A stretch of 64,000 nt of DNA from Narcine bancroftii. Its lineage: Eukaryota. A program made the translations under genes and the position numbers. Positions 62,997 to 64,000 of this stretch are shown here, piece after piece. How positions within the stretch are numbered: position 1 is the stretch's first letter; each line of letters starts with the position of its first letter. Under the pieces are notes generated by a model. That model was not told where the DNA came from. It did no database searches and saw only the letters and a program-made list of their open reading frames with translations. Location: NCBI RefSeq assembly GCF_036971445.1, contig NC_091481.1:73904001-73968000 (forward strand), given 5' to 3'.

Positions 62997-63201
62997 TTTA
63001 GACATACAGCACAGTAACAGGCCATTTCAGCCCATGAGCCCGATTAACCTACAACCTGCGTTACATTAAGACCCTGGAGAAAACCCACACAGACACAGGG
63101 AGTACATACAAACTCCTTACAGACAGCATGGGATTGGAACCTCGGTCCCGATTGCTGGCGCTGTAAAGGCGTTGCGCTAACTGCTACTCAACTGCGCCAC
63201 C
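62997..63201 (-). mobile_element. V-domain tRNA-SINE
   Basis: Tail gacatacagcacagtaacaggcc and head gctggcgctgtaaaggcgttgcgctaac. Confidence 0.8.
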
Positions 63202-63307
63202 CCAACTGACTTCCTTTGTAGCGGGAATGATGGGCTGTTATTCAGACTCGACTGTGTGTTGTGAGAAACGCACCATCGTGACTTGTGTTCTGCCACCGAG
63301 ATGAACA

Positions 63308-64000
63308 TATCAGAATCAGGATTTATTGTCATGACCAAGTCATGAAATTCGCTGTTTTGTGGCAGCATCACAGGGCAAACATTCATATTATAACCATCTT
63401 GCAACATTACTATAAAAAATAAAAATAATAGGGCACGAAAAGTGAGGCCGTGTCTTTGGTTAATTGATTATTCAGGAATCTGATGCCAGTTGGGAGGAAG
63501 CTGTCCTTGTGCCACTGAGTGATCATCTTTAGGCTCCTGTACCTTTTTCCCTGATGGTGGCAGTGAAGAGGGGATGGCCTGGGTGGTGGGGGTCTTTGAG
63601 CATAGAGATTGCTTTTTTAAGACATCACCTCTTGTAGATGTCCTTGATGGAATGAAGTCTTGTGCCTGTGATGTTGCAGGCCAAGTTAACAACCCTCTGG
63701 AGTTTATTCTTGACCTGAGAGTTGGCACCTCCATACCAGGCAATGATGCAACCAGCCAGAATAGTGGCCTAGAATTTGTTGCCTCTTGATCAGCACTGAG
63801 GTAATAAGGGTATTGAAGGCTGAGCTGTATTTGATGAAGAGCAACTGTGTGTGTATGAATGGCTGTTTTCGAGGTGATCCAGAGCTGAGTGGAGATCCAG
63901 TAATATTGCCCCTGCTGTGGAGCAATTGTGACGATAGGGAAATTGCAGTGGGCCTGGATCTTTGTTTAGGTACGTTTAAACTCTGGCCATGACAGTAGAA
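63308..64000 (-). mobile_element. Rex1/Babar LINE fragment
   Basis: 3' end atcagaatcaggatttattgtcat; YSSAFNT motif; DPHHPGH-like C-terminus in an alternative frame. Confidence 0.75.

Noticed and set aside
63120-63201. tRNA gene
   Set aside because: It is the degenerate tRNA-derived head of a SINE, attached to a V-domain and a CR1-like tail.

Overview
Repeat-rich vertebrate genomic DNA. The TE families (V-domain tRNA-SINE, CR1, Rex1/Babar, Penelope-like, L1) and the GPCR type point to a cartilaginous fish; this assignment is an inference. The centre of the window (about 10.8-45.0 kb) is a head-to-tail array of four ~8.4-8.8 kb units. Each unit carries an intact two-exon, 324-aa rhodopsin-class GPCR of the GPR139/GPR142-like type, whose 67-nt first exon is missed by the ORF track. 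Units 1-3 also carry an old pseudogenised paralogue. The unit junctions lie inside Gypsy-type LTRs, one of which is chimeric, and the copies are sequence mosaics. The flanks contain CT-rich low-complexity DNA and minisatellites, a local inverted duplication, a Tigger/pogo-like MITE containing an 81-nt SLITRK1-like fragment, nested LTR/LINE remnants, and a full-length but disrupted L1 with a 14-bp TSD. There are two assembly gaps. All alignments and counts were done by eye, and TE boundaries not fixed by TSDs or TIRs are approximate.
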